Part shown: piece after piece, positions 47,011 through 60,043 of the stretch
How positions within the stretch are numbered: the stretch's first letter is position 1
How the letters are laid out: the number at the start of each line of letters is the position of its first letter
Origin: Novosphingobium sp.
GTDB lineage: Bacteria; Pseudomonadota; Alphaproteobacteria; Sphingomonadales; Sphingomonadaceae
Direction: 5' to 3'
Assembly (NCBI RefSeq): GCF_031417815.1
Contig: NZ_JANOWI010000035.1
Coordinates: forward strand, 10,447-74,446
Length of the DNA: 64,000 nucleotides
Made by a program: the position numbers and the translations under genes
Notes under the pieces: model-generated
What the model was told of the DNA's origin: nothing
Databases searched by the model: none
What the model saw: only the letters and a program-made list of their open reading frames with translations

Positions 47011-47855
47011 TGGCGCTTGAGATCGTCCCTTCGGGTCAGGCATGCGGTGCGCGCGTGACCGGGGTCGATCTTTCGGCGCCGCTCGATCCAGCCGCCATTG
47101 CGGCAATCCGTTCGGCCTGGCTAGAACACCACGTACTGGCCTTTCCTGGCCAGTTCCTGTCGGACGATGCCCTCGAACGTTTCACGCTCGCCATGGGCGG
47201 GTTTGGTGAAGACCCGTTCTTCGCCCCGATTGCCGGACGCCGGCACATCGCCGCGATCCGGCGCGAGGCGGACGAGCAATCACCATTGTTTGCCGAGAAT
47301 TGGCACACCGATTGGTCGTTTCAGGCGCGGCCGCCATCGGGCACTTGCCTCAACGCGGTCGATATCCCGCCACTTGGCGGCGATACGCTTTACGCCAACC
47401 AGCACATGGCGTGGGAAGCACTCGCGCCCGCGCGGCAGGCCGAATTGACCGATCTGATCGCGGTCCATTCCGCCCGCCTCGCCTATGCGCCTGACGGCAG
47501 CTATGGCACCAAAGACAAGGGCCGCAGCATGGACATTCGCCCCAGCGAAGCGGCGCTGGCCACGCAAGCCCACCCACTTGTTCCGGCCCATCCCGAAACC
47601 GGACGGCGCGGATTCTATTCGTCGCTGGGTTACATCGTCGGGATCGAGGGCATGGCCGACAGCACGGCAATGCCGCTCCTGATGGAATTGGCCCAGTGGC
47701 AAAGCGATGCACGCTTTGTCTATCGCCACCGCTGGGAACCCGGGATGCTGGTGATGTGGGACAACCGTTCGGTCCTCCACAAGGCCACCGGCGGTTATGA
47801 AGGCCATCGGCGCGAGTTGCACCGCACCACTATTGCGGCGTGGAGCGAGTCCTGA
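47007..47855 (+). CDS. TauD/TfdA family Fe(II)/2-oxoglutarate dioxygenase
   Basis: NWHTDWSF (HxD), GGDTLYA, WDNRSVLHKA; start overlaps the gyrA stop. Confidence 0.9.
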   Translation: MMALEIVPSGQACGARVTGVDLSAPLDPAAIAAIRSAWLEHHVLAFPGQFLSDDALERFTLAMGGFGEDPFFAPIAGRRHIAAIRREADEQSPLFAENWHTDWSFQARPPSGTCLNAVDIPPLGGDTLYANQHMAWEALAPARQAELTDLIAVHSARLAYAPDGSYGTKDKGRSMDIRPSEAALATQAHPLVPAHPETGRRGFYSSLGYIVGIEGMADSTAMPLLMELAQWQSDARFVYRHRWEPGMLVMWDNRSVLHKATGGYEGHRRELHRTTIAAWSES

Positions 47856-48495
47856 GCTCACCCACCACCCCGGTGCAGATCAGGAATTGCCCGAAATAGT
47901 AGAGCGGCCAGATCAGCAGCCCGGGCACCACGCTTTCGGCCAAGGCCCCCAACCGCGCAAAAATCAGCAGGTCGCTGATTACGAACATGACCGCCCCCAA
48001 GCCCACCCGGTAACGCGGGAACGTGCTGGTCCAGGCGCTTGCCGCCATGGCCGCAAGGCCCAGCGCGTAAAATGCCACGCCGGGTGCCCCGGCACGATCC
48101 GCTGGAAGCTGGAACGCGATCAGCGGAACCAGCAACACCAGGGCCAGCGCCAGCGCTTGCTGGCTGCCACTCAAGCTTGCCCGGCGGTGCCGCCAGTAGA
48201 GCTGGACCGCGATCAGATGACCGGCCAGAAATGCGAGCGCGCCCCAGACGATATCAAGCTCGATCAGCACATCGCCCAGCGCGCCAAACGCCATGACTGC
48301 GGCAATCTGAGTGGCATCGCGGCCTGCATGCCGAGAGAGGGCATAAGCGGCCAGAAACGCCGCCCCGGCGCCCTTGATCGCCCATTCATAAAGATCAGGC
48401 AGCGCGCTTCCGGCGATAAAGAAATAGCCGATCCCCGCCACCAGGCTGGCCAGCAGCCACGGGCGCTTTTCGATCAGCGCCCGGCGCGGCATCAA
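47830..48495 (-). CDS. Lysoplasmalogenase-like membrane hydrolase (YhhN family)
   Basis: Multi-TM; [33 protein letters not shown]. Confidence 0.85.
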   Translation of the reverse strand: MMPRRALIEKRPWLLASLVAGIGYFFIAGSALPDLYEWAIKGAGAAFLAAYALSRHAGRDATQIAAVMAFGALGDVLIELDIVWGALAFLAGHLIAVQLYWRHRRASLSGSQQALALALVLLVPLIAFQLPADRAGAPGVAFYALGLAAMAASAWTSTFPRYRVGLGAVMFVISDLLIFARLGALAESVVPGLLIWPLYYFGQFLICTGVVGELRTRSTPQ

Positions 48496-48968
48496 ACGAA
48501 CGCGATCTTTTCAACCACGTAGAACCGGTCACCCGATGGCACGGTTACTTCGATTTCGTCTTCCACCCGGCGTCCGATCAGCGCCCGGCCCAGCGGCGAA
48601 TTGTAGCTGATCCGGCCGATCTTGGCGTCGGCTTCATAGGGGCCGACAATCTGGTAGGTGACCGGCTTTTCGGCATCGTCGAGCAAGGTCACGGTCGCGC
48701 CGAAGATTACCTTGTCGCCCGAAAGTGAAGTCGGATCGACGATCTGCGCCCGGCTGACCTTGTCCTCCAGATCAGAAATGGCCATTTCGACATGGCCCTG
48801 GCGTTCCTTGGCGGCGTGATATTCGGCGTTTTCCGACAGGTCGCCGTGCGCGCGCGCTTCCTCGATCGCGTCGACGATCAACGGGCGTTCCACGCGCAGC
48901 GCCTTCAATTCGGCAATCAGGCGTTCATAGCCTTCCGCCAGCATCGGCAGCTTTTCGACACTTGCCAT
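48492..48968 (-). CDS. greA: Transcription elongation factor GreA
   Basis: [30 protein letters not shown]. Confidence 0.96.
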   Translation of the reverse strand: MASVEKLPMLAEGYERLIAELKALRVERPLIVDAIEEARAHGDLSENAEYHAAKERQGHVEMAISDLEDKVSRAQIVDPTSLSGDKVIFGATVTLLDDAEKPVTYQIVGPYEADAKIGRISYNSPLGRALIGRRVEDEIEVTVPSGDRFYVVEKIAFV

Positions 48969-49075
48969 CGTACTCATCCTCCTGCCGCGCCCCGGATTCA
49001 GCGACTGGAATCCTGCCCCCGTGCCAATGCAGCTACGGGCCAGTCCAGTCGCGAATGGAGGGAAAGCGCGATTGA

Positions 49076-52000
49076 TCAGGTACTATAATAATCCTGCAGC
49101 GACCGCACTTCAAGCTTTGCATTTCGCAGTGCAGCAATGGCCTGTGCGGCTGCCACCGATGCCGCTGCGGTGGTATAGTACGGCACCTTGCCGGTCAGCG
49201 CCGATCCGCGGATCGATTGCGAATCTTTCAGGCTCTGCCAGCCTTCGGTGGTGTTGAAGATCAGCGCCACATCGCCGTCGATGATCCGGTCGACAATGTG
49301 CGGGCGCCCTTCGGCCACCTTGTTGACCAGTTCGACCGGCAGGCCAGCTTCGGCCAGATAGCGCTGCGTACCGCCGGTGGCGATCACGGTGAAGCCCAGA
49401 TCGATCAATTGCCGCACCGCCGGCAGGATCACGGTCTTGTCGCTGTCCTTGACCGAAACGAAGACCACGCCGCCGTCGGGTAGCCGCGTTCCGGCTCCCA
49501 ATTGCGATTTGGCAAAGGCAATCGGGAAAGTCGCGTCGATCCCCATTACTTCGCCAGTGCTCTTCATTTCGGGCGAAAGCACCGGATCGACCCCGGGGAA
49601 GCGCGCGAACGGGAACACCGCTTCCTTGACCGCCATATAGGGCAGATCGCGCTTGAACGGCGGGAAGGTATCGAGCTTTTCGCCCGCCATCACCCGCGCC
49701 GCGATCTTGGCCACCGGCTGGCCGATCGCCTTGGCGACGAACGGCACGGTGCGGCTGGCGCGCGGGTTGACCTCGATCAGATAGACATCTGTGCCCTTCA
49801 CCGCGAACTGGATGTTCATCAGGCCTTTGACGCCCAGCGCCATCGCCAGCAGTTCGGCCTGGCGCTCCATCTCGGCGATGATTTCGGCGGGCAGGCTGTA
49901 GGGCGGCAGGGTGCAGGCGCTGTCGCCCGAATGGATCCCGGCTTCCTCGATATGCTGCATCACGCCCGCGACCACGACCTGCGTCCCGTCGCACAGCGCA
50001 TCGACATCGCATTCCACCGCATCGCGCAGATACTGGTCGATCAGCACCGGGCTATCGCCTGAAACCGACACTGCGGTAGTGATATAATCATCGAGCTGCG
50101 CCACCGAATCGACGATTTCCATCGCCCGGCCGCCCAGCACGTAGCTGGGCCGCATCAGCACCGGGAAGCCGATCCGGCCCGCCACCGCGACCGCTTCATC
50201 GCGGCTGCGGGCGATGCCGTTTTCGGGCTGCTTGAGCCCCAGATCATTGACCAGCTTGGCAAAGCGTTCGCGGTCTTCGGCCAGATCAATCGCATCGGGC
50301 GAAGTGCCCAGGATCGGGATCCCAGCATCTTCCAGCGCCTGCGCCAGCTTGAGCGGAGTCTGCCCGCCAAACTGCACGATCACGCCGACCAGTTCGCCAT
50401 TCTGCTGTTCCACCCGCAGAATTTCGAGCACGTCCTCGCCGGTCAGCGGCTCAAAATAGAGCCGGTCGGAGGTGTCATAATCGGTCGAAACCGTTTCCGG
50501 GTTGCAGTTGATCATGATCGTTTCATAGCCCGCCTCTTCCAGCGCGTAGCAGGCGTGGCAGCAACAGTAATCGAACTCGATCCCCTGCCCGATCCGGTTG
50601 GGCCCGCCGCCCAGGATCACGATCTTCTTGCGGTCAGAGGGCATCGCCTCGCACTCAGGCTCGCCAAACAACGGGCCTTCGTAAGTGGAGTACATATACG
50701 GCGTCACCGCCTCGAATTCGGCGGCGCAGCTGTCGATCCGCTTGAACACCGGATGCACACCCAGCCTGGTCCGCAGCGCGCGGACCTCAGCCTCGGTGGT
50801 CGCCCCGGCCATCGCTTTCAGCGCATCGTGAAGCAGGCCTGAGCGCCGCGCGGCAAGCGTTTCGCCCAGCCCGCCAGCCACGCCCACGCCGCGCACCGCC
50901 AGCACGGCAAGGCGCTTGTCGGAAAAGCCCATTGCCTTCAGTCGCCGCAGCCCCGCTGCGTCGTTGGGCAGGCCATCCTCCATGATCGCGGCTTCTTCGG
51001 CGACGATTTCGGCAATGTGACGCAGGAACCAGGGATCGAAACTGGTGATCGCCTGAACATCCTCGATCGAAAAGCCCTCACGGAACGCTTGGGCGATAAT
51101 CAGGATGCGGTCGGGGGTCTGCTTTGACAGCGCCTCGATCACCGCCTCGCGCCCGCGCCCTTCAAGGCTGAGCATGCGATTGAAGCCGTCGAGCCCGGTT
51201 TCCAGCCCGCGCAGCGCCTTCTGCAGCGATTCCTTGAAGTTGCGGCCGATCGCCATCACTTCGCCGACCGATTTCATCGCGGTGGACAGCAGCGGTTCGG
51301 CGCCCTTGAACTTTTCAAAGGCGAAGCGCGGGATCTTGGTGACCACGTAATCGATGCTGGGTTCGAACGAAGCCGGGGTCGCCCCGGTGATCTCGTTGGT
51401 CAGCTCGTCGAGCGTATAACCCACCGCCAGCTTGGCCGCGACGCGCGCGATCGGGAAGCCGGTGGCCTTGGAGGCGAGCGCGGACGAACGCGAAACCCGC
51501 GGGTTCATCTCGATCACGATCAGGCGGCCGTCCGCCGGATTGACCGCGAACTGCACGTTCGATCCGCCGGTCTCCACCCCGATCTCGCGCAACACCGCGA
51601 TGCTGGCGTTGCGCATGATCTGGTATTCCTTGTCGGTCAGCGTCAGCGCAGGCGCGACCGTGATCGAATCGCCGGTGTGGACCCCCATCGGATCGACATT
51701 CTCGATCGAGCAGATGATGATGCAATTGTCCTTGCGGTCACGCACCACTTCCATCTCGAACTCTTTCCACCCCAGCAGGCTCTCTTCGATCAGAACTTCC
51801 GTGGTTGGAGAGGCATCGAGGCCAGACTTCACAATCTGCTCGAACTCGGTCTTGTTGAACGCGACCCCGCCACCGGTACCGCCCAGCGTGAAACTCGGCC
51901 GGATGATCGAGGGCAGCCCGGTGCGTTCGAGCACTGCGAAAGCCTCGTCAACATTGTGCGCCACGCCGCTGCGGGCGGACTCAAGCCCGATCTTGTCCAT

Positions 52001-52405
52001 CGCCTCGCGGAACCGCTGGCGGTCTTCGGCCTTGTCGATCGCATCGGCATCGGCGCCGATCATCTGCACGCCGTACTTTGCCAACGTGCCATCATTGAAC
52101 AGCGCCAGCGCGGTATTGAGCGCCGTCTGCCCGCCCATCGTCGGCAGCACCGCATCGGGACGCTCTTTGGCGATGATCGCGGCGACCACTTCAGGCGTGA
52201 TCGGCTCGATATAGGTCGCATCGGCCATGTCCGGATCGGTCATGATCGTGGCGGGGTTGGAGTTGACGAGGACCACCCGGTACCCCTCCTCCTTCAGCGC
52301 CTTGATCGCCTGGGTGCCGGAATAGTCAAACTCGCAGGCCTGCCCGATAATGATCGGACCAGCGCCAATGACGAGGATCGAGGAGATGTCAGTGCGTTTG
52401 GGCAT
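49076..52405 (-). CDS. carB: Carbamoyl-phosphate synthase large subunit
   Basis: [24 protein letters not shown], duplicated ATP-grasp domains, MGS domain. Confidence 0.98.
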   Translation of the reverse strand: MPKRTDISSILVIGAGPIIIGQACEFDYSGTQAIKALKEEGYRVVLVNSNPATIMTDPDMADATYIEPITPEVVAAIIAKERPDAVLPTMGGQTALNTALALFNDGTLAKYGVQMIGADADAIDKAEDRQRFREAMDKIGLESARSGVAHNVDEAFAVLERTGLPSIIRPSFTLGGTGGGVAFNKTEFEQIVKSGLDASPTTEVLIEESLLGWKEFEMEVVRDRKDNCIIICSIENVDPMGVHTGDSITVAPALTLTDKEYQIMRNASIAVLREIGVETGGSNVQFAVNPADGRLIVIEMNPRVSRSSALASKATGFPIARVAAKLAVGYTLDELTNEITGATPASFEPSIDYVVTKIPRFAFEKFKGAEPLLSTAMKSVGEVMAIGRNFKESLQKALRGLETGLDGFNRMLSLEGRGREAVIEALSKQTPDRILIIAQAFREGFSIEDVQAITSFDPWFLRHIAEIVAEEAAIMEDGLPNDAAGLRRLKAMGFSDKRLAVLAVRGVGVAGGLGETLAARRSGLLHDALKAMAGATTEAEVRALRTRLGVHPVFKRIDSCAAEFEAVTPYMYSTYEGPLFGEPECEAMPSDRKKIVILGGGPNRIGQGIEFDYCCCHACYALEEAGYETIMINCNPETVSTDYDTSDRLYFEPLTGEDVLEILRVEQQNGELVGVIVQFGGQTPLKLAQALEDAGIPILGTSPDAIDLAEDRERFAKLVNDLGLKQPENGIARSRDEAVAVAGRIGFPVLMRPSYVLGGRAMEIVDSVAQLDDYITTAVSVSGDSPVLIDQYLRDAVECDVDALCDGTQVVVAGVMQHIEEAGIHSGDSACTLPPYSLPAEIIAEMERQAELLAMALGVKGLMNIQFAVKGTDVYLIEVNPRASRTVPFVAKAIGQPVAKIAARVMAGEKLDTFPPFKRDLPYMAVKEAVFPFARFPGVDPVLSPEMKSTGEVMGIDATFPIAFAKSQLGAGTRLPDGGVVFVSVKDSDKTVILPAVRQLIDLGFTVIATGGTQRYLAEAGLPVELVNKVAEGRPHIVDRIIDGDVALIFNTTEGWQSLKDSQSIRGSALTGKVPYYTTAAASVAAAQAIAALRNAKLEVRSLQDYYST

Positions 52406-52410
52406 TTAGA

Positions 52411-53166
52411 CTAACCGATTCCATATTGTTTTAGCAGCAGGTCGAGAAGCTTTGATGCAGCCAACGCGATTGCAGCGCCACCGTAACGTTCAACCAACAT
52501 TTTCAAACCAACGACAAGCGTTAACTCCAGACTTCGGATTGAAAATATTCCAGCCCTTATGAGCTCACGACCAGCTTTCAGTCGACCAATAACTAGCTCG
52601 CGAAGCCCGTCTTCGCCTGATATTGAGTTCTCTGGTTCAAGAAGTTCCAAAACCTCTTCAATTGGTGACTCAATTTCTTGCTGCTGATTATGCAAAAGGC
52701 TTACGATGCGATCAGAAGCCGGCACGCCAACCGCCGCGTTTAAGGGTTCGTTGTTCGCGTCGCTGTCTGCATCAAAGACCCAGCCTAGTTCTCTACCAAC
52801 ATTTTGGAGAGCAACTAAATCGGCATTTCCTCCGAGTTGGAAAAGCAGTGAGCCTTCTTCGTCTACATTACGAAAATGCGCGACCAATCCTTGTTGACCG
52901 GAATTAACCAACCGACACCAAGTGCCTGTATAATTATTTCCCTTGGTTTCAAATGCTTGAGTAGACAAAAGCCAATCGACAACCTGTTCGACATCGCTTT
53001 CAAAGCCCTTCTCAAAGCCACTTTCGAGCAAAACATGCGAGAAATCGTTGATTAGATCAATTCGAGCTTTCTCAAGACTTTTCCAGTCATATCCGATGTT
53101 GTTGGAAAAAATATCCCAACCCATTCTCAGAACGAGAATAGCCCGAAGATTATTGTGAGCGCTCAC
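52411..53166 (-). CDS. Low-GC hypothetical protein inserted between carA and carB
   Basis: 251-aa ORF; sampled 60-mers at 37%, 38% and 53% GC; GTG start overlaps the carA TGA; stop 5 nt before the carB ATG. Confidence 0.7.
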   Translation of the reverse strand: MSAHNNLRAILVLRMGWDIFSNNIGYDWKSLEKARIDLINDFSHVLLESGFEKGFESDVEQVVDWLLSTQAFETKGNNYTGTWCRLVNSGQQGLVAHFRNVDEEGSLLFQLGGNADLVALQNVGRELGWVFDADSDANNEPLNAAVGVPASDRIVSLLHNQQQEIESPIEEVLELLEPENSISGEDGLRELVIGRLKAGRELIRAGIFSIRSLELTLVVGLKMLVERYGGAAIALAASKLLDLLLKQYGIG

Positions 53167-54329
53167 CCCAACATCCCCACAAACCGCTCAAACAGATAGA
53201 AGCTATCCATCGGTCCCGGCGATGCCTCAGGGTGATACTGCACCCCGAACGCGCGCTTGCCTTTGATCGAGATCCCGCAGTTTGAGCCATCGAACAGCGA
53301 CACGTGCGTTTCCAGCACCCCATCGGGCAGCGCGGCGTTGTCCACCGCGAAGCCGTGGTTCATGCTGGTGATCTCGACCACGCCGTCTTCGAGCCGCTTG
53401 ACCGGATGGTTCGCGCCGCGGTGGCCCTGGTGCATCTTGGTGGTCTTGGCACCGGCGGCGAGGCCGAGCATCTGGTGGCCGAGGCAGATCCCGAACACCG
53501 GCACATCGCGCTCAAGCAGGCCCTGGATCACCGGCACTGCATAGACCCCGGTCGCCGCGGGATCGCCCGGGCCGTTAGACAGGAACACGCCCGCCGGCTT
53601 CAGCGCCAGCACCTCGTCCAGCGGCGTATTGCCCGGCACCACCGTGACTTGCGCTCCGGCCTTCACCAGATTGCGGAAGATGTTGTCCTTGGCCCCAAAA
53701 TCCATCGCCACCACGTGCGGGCGCGGGCTGTGCGGGCTGCGGGCATAGCCCTTGCCCAGCGTCCACACGCCGCCCTGCCATTCTTCATTGGCCCCGCGTG
53801 AAACTACACGCGCAAGGTCCATGCCTTCCAGCCCCGGCCAATCCTGCGCGCGCTTGATCAGCGCGGGAATGTCGAACTTGCCGTCGGCCGCGTGGGCGAT
53901 CACCGCGTTAGGCGCGCCTGACAGGCGGATGCGGCGGGTCAGCGCGCGGGTGTCGATGCCCGACAGCCCGATCTTGCCTTTGGAGGCCAGCCAATCGCCA
54001 AAGGTGCCAGCGCTGCGGAAATTGCTGGGCACGGTGAAGTCTTCGCGCACCACGCAGCCGACCGCGCCATCGACATGGCTTTCGACGTCGTCCTCGTTCA
54101 CCCCGACATTGCCGATGTGCGGGAAGGTGAAGGTGACGATCTGCCCGGCATAGCTGGGATCGGTCATGATCTCCTCATACCCGGTCATCGCGGTGTTGAA
54201 GCAGACTTCGCCCACCGCGGCGCTTTCTGCGCCAAATCCCTTGCCCCAGGTGACCTGGCCGGTGGCGAGCACGAGGACTCCCGTCGCACCCTGCGGTTGG
54301 GGTGCATACGAAGGGGCGGCGTCAGCCAT
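53163..54329 (-). CDS. carA: Carbamoyl-phosphate synthase small subunit
   Basis: GEVCFNTAMTGY, LSNGPGDP, FGICLGHQ, QYHPEASPGP. Confidence 0.97.
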   Translation of the reverse strand: MADAAPSYAPQPQGATGVLVLATGQVTWGKGFGAESAAVGEVCFNTAMTGYEEIMTDPSYAGQIVTFTFPHIGNVGVNEDDVESHVDGAVGCVVREDFTVPSNFRSAGTFGDWLASKGKIGLSGIDTRALTRRIRLSGAPNAVIAHAADGKFDIPALIKRAQDWPGLEGMDLARVVSRGANEEWQGGVWTLGKGYARSPHSPRPHVVAMDFGAKDNIFRNLVKAGAQVTVVPGNTPLDEVLALKPAGVFLSNGPGDPAATGVYAVPVIQGLLERDVPVFGICLGHQMLGLAAGAKTTKMHQGHRGANHPVKRLEDGVVEITSMNHGFAVDNAALPDGVLETHVSLFDGSNCGISIKGKRAFGVQYHPEASPGPMDSFYLFERFVGMLG

Positions 54330-54485
54330 TTTGGGGGCGCTCCGGTAACGGGATTCCAGCGATGTTGCTAAGGCTCGGCGGCTAAACCCCTTCCCCCCCA
54401 GCGTCAACCTTTGAAAAGCCGAAATACCCGGCTAGGGAGGCGACTATCCCCAAGCGCATCGCTTTTCACGAGGAAACACCCAAAA

Positions 54486-54938
54486 ATGCTTCGCGACACG
54501 ATCAAGGCCGCCCAGATTACTGCGATGAAGGCGGGCGACAAGCCGCGGCTGTCCGCCGTCCGGCTGATCATGGCCAAGCTGAAGGACAAGGATATCGAAC
54601 TGCGCACCGCCAAGTCTGTACCCGATGACGATGTGCTGGTCACCGATGTGCTGCAGAAAATGGCCAAACAGCGCCGCGAATCGATCACCATGTTCGAACA
54701 AGGCGGACGCCAGGAACTGGCCGATGTCGAGAAGGCCGAACTGGCGGTGATCGAGGAATTCATGCCGGCGCAAATGGGCGAGGACGAGACGAAGGCCGCG
54801 ATTGCGGCGATCATCGCGGAGCTCGGCGCGCAGGGCATGAAGGACATGGGCAAGGTTGTGGCCGAACTGAAGGCGCGGCACGGGAGCCAGCTCGATATGG
54901 GCAAGGCCAGCGGGCTGGTGAAAGCGGCTTTGAGCTGA
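54486..54938 (+). CDS. GatB/YqeY domain protein
   Basis: AMKAGDK.RLS.VRLI, KQRRESI..F..GGRQELAD.E..E, GMKDMGKV. Confidence 0.92.
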   Translation: MLRDTIKAAQITAMKAGDKPRLSAVRLIMAKLKDKDIELRTAKSVPDDDVLVTDVLQKMAKQRRESITMFEQGGRQELADVEKAELAVIEEFMPAQMGEDETKAAIAAIIAELGAQGMKDMGKVVAELKARHGSQLDMGKASGLVKAALS

Positions 54939-54959
54939 AGTTCGTTCCTGAAATCAAAT

Positions 54960-54990
54960 GGGGCCCTGCCGGAAATCCCGGCAAGGCCCC
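54960..54990. terminator. Hairpin between convergent yqeY and the small membrane gene
   Basis: GGGGCCCTGCCGG-aaatc-CCGGCAAGGCCCC (one mismatch). Confidence 0.6.
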
Positions 54991-55011
54991 GTTGTAATGG
55001 CTTGAAACCGC

Positions 55012-55365
55012 TTAGCTCGAAGCGCCGCCAGCCAGGCCTTTGACCGCACCGATGGCCCGCATGACCATCCGGATCGTCACGGCAACACCGAAAGCACCGG
55101 CGGCCACGAGAGCGAAACCGCCAAGCATCGCCCCAAGCTGGGTGCCCAGCATCGGCAACGCAGCCATCGCAGCGCCCGCAACCGGCAATGCAAGTGCGGC
55201 GACACCAATCCGAATTACCATATCATCGGTGGTTGAAATCCCGGCAATCATCCCGAGCACCAACAGCACAAGCGCCACGTTGAGCCCTTCCATTGGCATG
55301 AACGCGGTCACGATAGCCAAGAGCGTGGCCAGCGCAGCTGCCAGCCCGGTTACTTTGGTAAGCAT
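55012..55365 (-). CDS. Small multi-TM membrane protein (117 aa)
   Basis: Almost entirely hydrophobic; RBS GGAGGGAAG upstream; divergent from dnaG. Confidence 0.7.
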   Translation of the reverse strand: MLTKVTGLAAALATLLAIVTAFMPMEGLNVALVLLVLGMIAGISTTDDMVIRIGVAALALPVAGAAMAALPMLGTQLGAMLGGFALVAAGAFGVAVTIRMVMRAIGAVKGLAGGASS

Positions 55366-55601
55366 CTTCTTCCCTCCTGTTATTATCAGGGGCGATCCCG
55401 GAAATGCTTTTGTCTAAGTGTTTGATTTTCGCCGAGCCACCCCCGCGACCCGAGATGGAGACTAGTTGTATTCACACAAAAGGGAAGGTTTAATTACCCT
55501 ACGGAATCCATGGCTTACGCGCAGTCAAGAACCGGGGACAAGCCTGTGGGACGATTTCACGCGAGGTTGAGGCGTGCGGCCTCAACGGCTAGACAGGCAC
55601 C

Positions 55602-57466
55602 ATGTCCCTCTCTCCCCAATGGCTTGATGAACTGCGCGCGCGGGTTACGCTTTCGGGGGTCATTTCGCGCACCACGCGGCTGACCAAGGCGGGGCATGAG
55701 TTCAAGGCCTGCTGTCCGTTCCACAACGAGAAGAGCCCCAGCTTCACGGTCAACGATCTGAAGGGGTTCTACCACTGCTTTGGCTGCGGCGCGCATGGCG
55801 ATGTGATCCGCTGGATGACTGACCAGCGGGGCCTTTCGTTCATGGATGCGGTCAAGGAACTGGCCAGCGAGGCCGGAATGGAATTGCCCGCGATGGACCC
55901 GCGCGCGGCGCAAGAGGCGGAAAAGCGCGACAGCCTGCACGATGTGATGGCCGCCGCGCAAGCGTGGTTTGCCGAGCGGTTGACCTCCAGCGAGGGCGAC
56001 AAGGCCCGCGCCTATCTGGCCACGCGGGGGTTCAACCAGCGGACAGTGGAACGCTTCGGGTTCGGCTATGCGCCGGAAGGGCGGCAATCGCTGAAAGCCG
56101 CACTCAGCCAGTTTCCCGAAGCGATGCTGATCGAGGCCGGCCTGCGCATCGCGGTGGAGGACAAGGAGCCCTATGACCGGTTCCGCGGCCGCCTGATGCT
56201 GCCGATCGAGGATGCGCGCGGGCGGGTGATCGCATTTGGCGGGCGGATCATTGATGCCGCCAAAACTGATGCACCCAAGTATCTGAATTCGCCCGATACG
56301 CCGCTGTTCGACAAGGGCCGCACGCTTTACAACCTGCACCGCGCCGGCCCGGCCTGCCGCCAGAGCGGGCGGATTGTGGTGGTCGAAGGTTATATGGACG
56401 TGATCGCGCTGGCCGCTGCGGGGATCGAGGATGCGGTCGCCCCGCTGGGCACCGCGCTGACCGAGCGGCAGCTGGAAATGCTGTGGCGGCTGACCGAAAA
56501 TCCGGTGCTGTGCTTCGATGGTGATGTCGCCGGGCAGCGCGCCGCGATGCGCGCCGTTACTCGCGCGCTGCCGCTGCTGCGCCCGGCGCACAGCCTCAAG
56601 ATCGTGCATTTGCCGCCGGGGCTCGATCCCGATGATCTGATCAGGCGCGATGGCACGGCGGCGATGGAAGCAGCGCTGGCCCAGCCGCAAGACCTTTTGG
56701 GCTTGCTGTGGCAGCACGAGCGCGATGCCGTCCCCCTCGCCTCGCCCGAGGACAAGGCCGGGCTTAAGGCCCGGCTGATGGCGCAAGTCGATACGATTGC
56801 CGATCGCGATATTCAGGCGCTTTACCGGCGCGAGCTGTCCGAGCGCTTTTCCGCTTTCGCTTTTCCGCCGCGTGAACAGCGTGAATGGAAGCCCGCCCGG
56901 CCCGGTCAGCGCGGCGTGCCCGCCCCACGCCGCAGCGATCCTGCGCAGACCGCGCGGCTGCGCAAAAGCGCCGGTTCGCGCGATGCGCTGGGAGCCGCGG
57001 TGCTGGCCGGTTTGATCCGCTATCCGGCAGAACTGGCGCGCCATGCCGATGTTCTGGCCCATGCCGAACTGGCCGATCCGCGTTATGGCGCGCTGGTTGA
57101 TGCGGTTGATAGCGGCGAAAGCCTTGAATCCGGGCACTTGCGCACCATATTGGCCGCCCGGGGACTGGCATCTCCGGCTCCGGATGACTATGCGGCGCTG
57201 CGCTTCGGCTTTCTGGCTGATGATGCACCGCCCGAACAGGCCCAGGCAGATCTTGCCGCTGCGGTCAGTTTGCTGGTCGAGCGGCCCGCGCTGGAAGCAG
57301 CACTGGCCGAGGCGACCCGGCGGCTCGAACGGGACATGTCGGATGGAGCCTATGCAGAACAGCAGCGGCTCTTGAAGAGAAAGCTGGAATTCGAATCGCG
57401 CTTGCGGCACATGGCCAGCGCGCGTGCGGGGGCTGAACAAGCGGCTCCTGCCAAACCAATGGCGGA

Positions 57467-57470
<4 letters not shown>
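55602..57470 (+). CDS. dnaG: DNA primase
   Basis: [18 protein letters not shown] zinc finger, [27 protein letters not shown]. Confidence 0.97.
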
Positions 57471-59494
<2,024 letters not shown>

Positions 59495-59505
59495 GGTTGT
59501 GAACG

Positions 59506-59934
59506 ATGCAAATCCAGGATTCTTCGTTCAAACCGCGTAGTTCGGAATATTGTAAGAGCTCGATCGGGGCAATCGCGTTGTTTGCTATTCTCTTCGCATT
59601 GGCTGCGTGCTCTTCGAGTGAACAAACTACCGCTGACAAACTTAAGCTTGCGGTGGCATCTAAGATGAAGGACCCTGAGAGCGCTCGATTCACGCGACTA
59701 AAGTTCGGTCACTTCACCTTGTGCGGCGAAGTAAACAGCACAAACTCCTTTGGCGCGTACGCAGGAGCAGAGCGATTTTCGGCGACCAGTGACTTCGTGC
59801 ATCTGAGAAGCGAATTTGTCGAAAGAGACGCTGCGCTTGAGGGAAGCCCGGCCAGCTCTGAATGGAAGCATGGAACCGAGGGATTTGATCGGTTCTGGGA
59901 TGCGTGTCAGCGCGACGGAAAGCCCGTCGAGTAG
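59506..59934 (+). CDS. Hypothetical lipoprotein, lower GC
   Basis: Lipobox LAAC; MKDPESARF..CGEVNSTNSFGAYAG motif; about 50% GC in a sampled 60-mer. Confidence 0.65.
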   Translation: MQIQDSSFKPRSSEYCKSSIGAIALFAILFALAACSSSEQTTADKLKLAVASKMKDPESARFTRLKFGHFTLCGEVNSTNSFGAYAGAERFSATSDFVHLRSEFVERDAALEGSPASSEWKHGTEGFDRFWDACQRDGKPVE

Positions 59935-59946
59935 GTCCTCGCGTCA

Positions 59947-59970
59947 TAAACAGGGACAGTCCCTATTTAA
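59947..59970. repeat. REP-like palindrome copy 1
   Basis: TAAACAGGGAC-A-GTCCCTATTTAA. Confidence 0.85.
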
Positions 59971-60007
59971 CTCTCACCCTGCGCATTGCCTCGCACCACT
60001 TCGCCCG

Positions 60008-60031
60008 TTAAATAGGGACTGTCCCTATTTA
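60008..60031. repeat. REP-like palindrome copy 2 (inverted relative to copies 1 and 3)
   Basis: T-TAAATAGGGAC-T-GTCCCTATTTA; 11-bp perfect arms. Confidence 0.88.
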
Positions 60032-60043
60032 TGAGGCCTGCCC

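Noticed and set aside
59947-60031. Two palindromic repeats with a 37-bp spacer as a mini-CRISPR
   Set aside because: The copies are inverted, only two are adjacent, there are no cas genes, and the adjoining HUH transposase explains them as REP-like ends.
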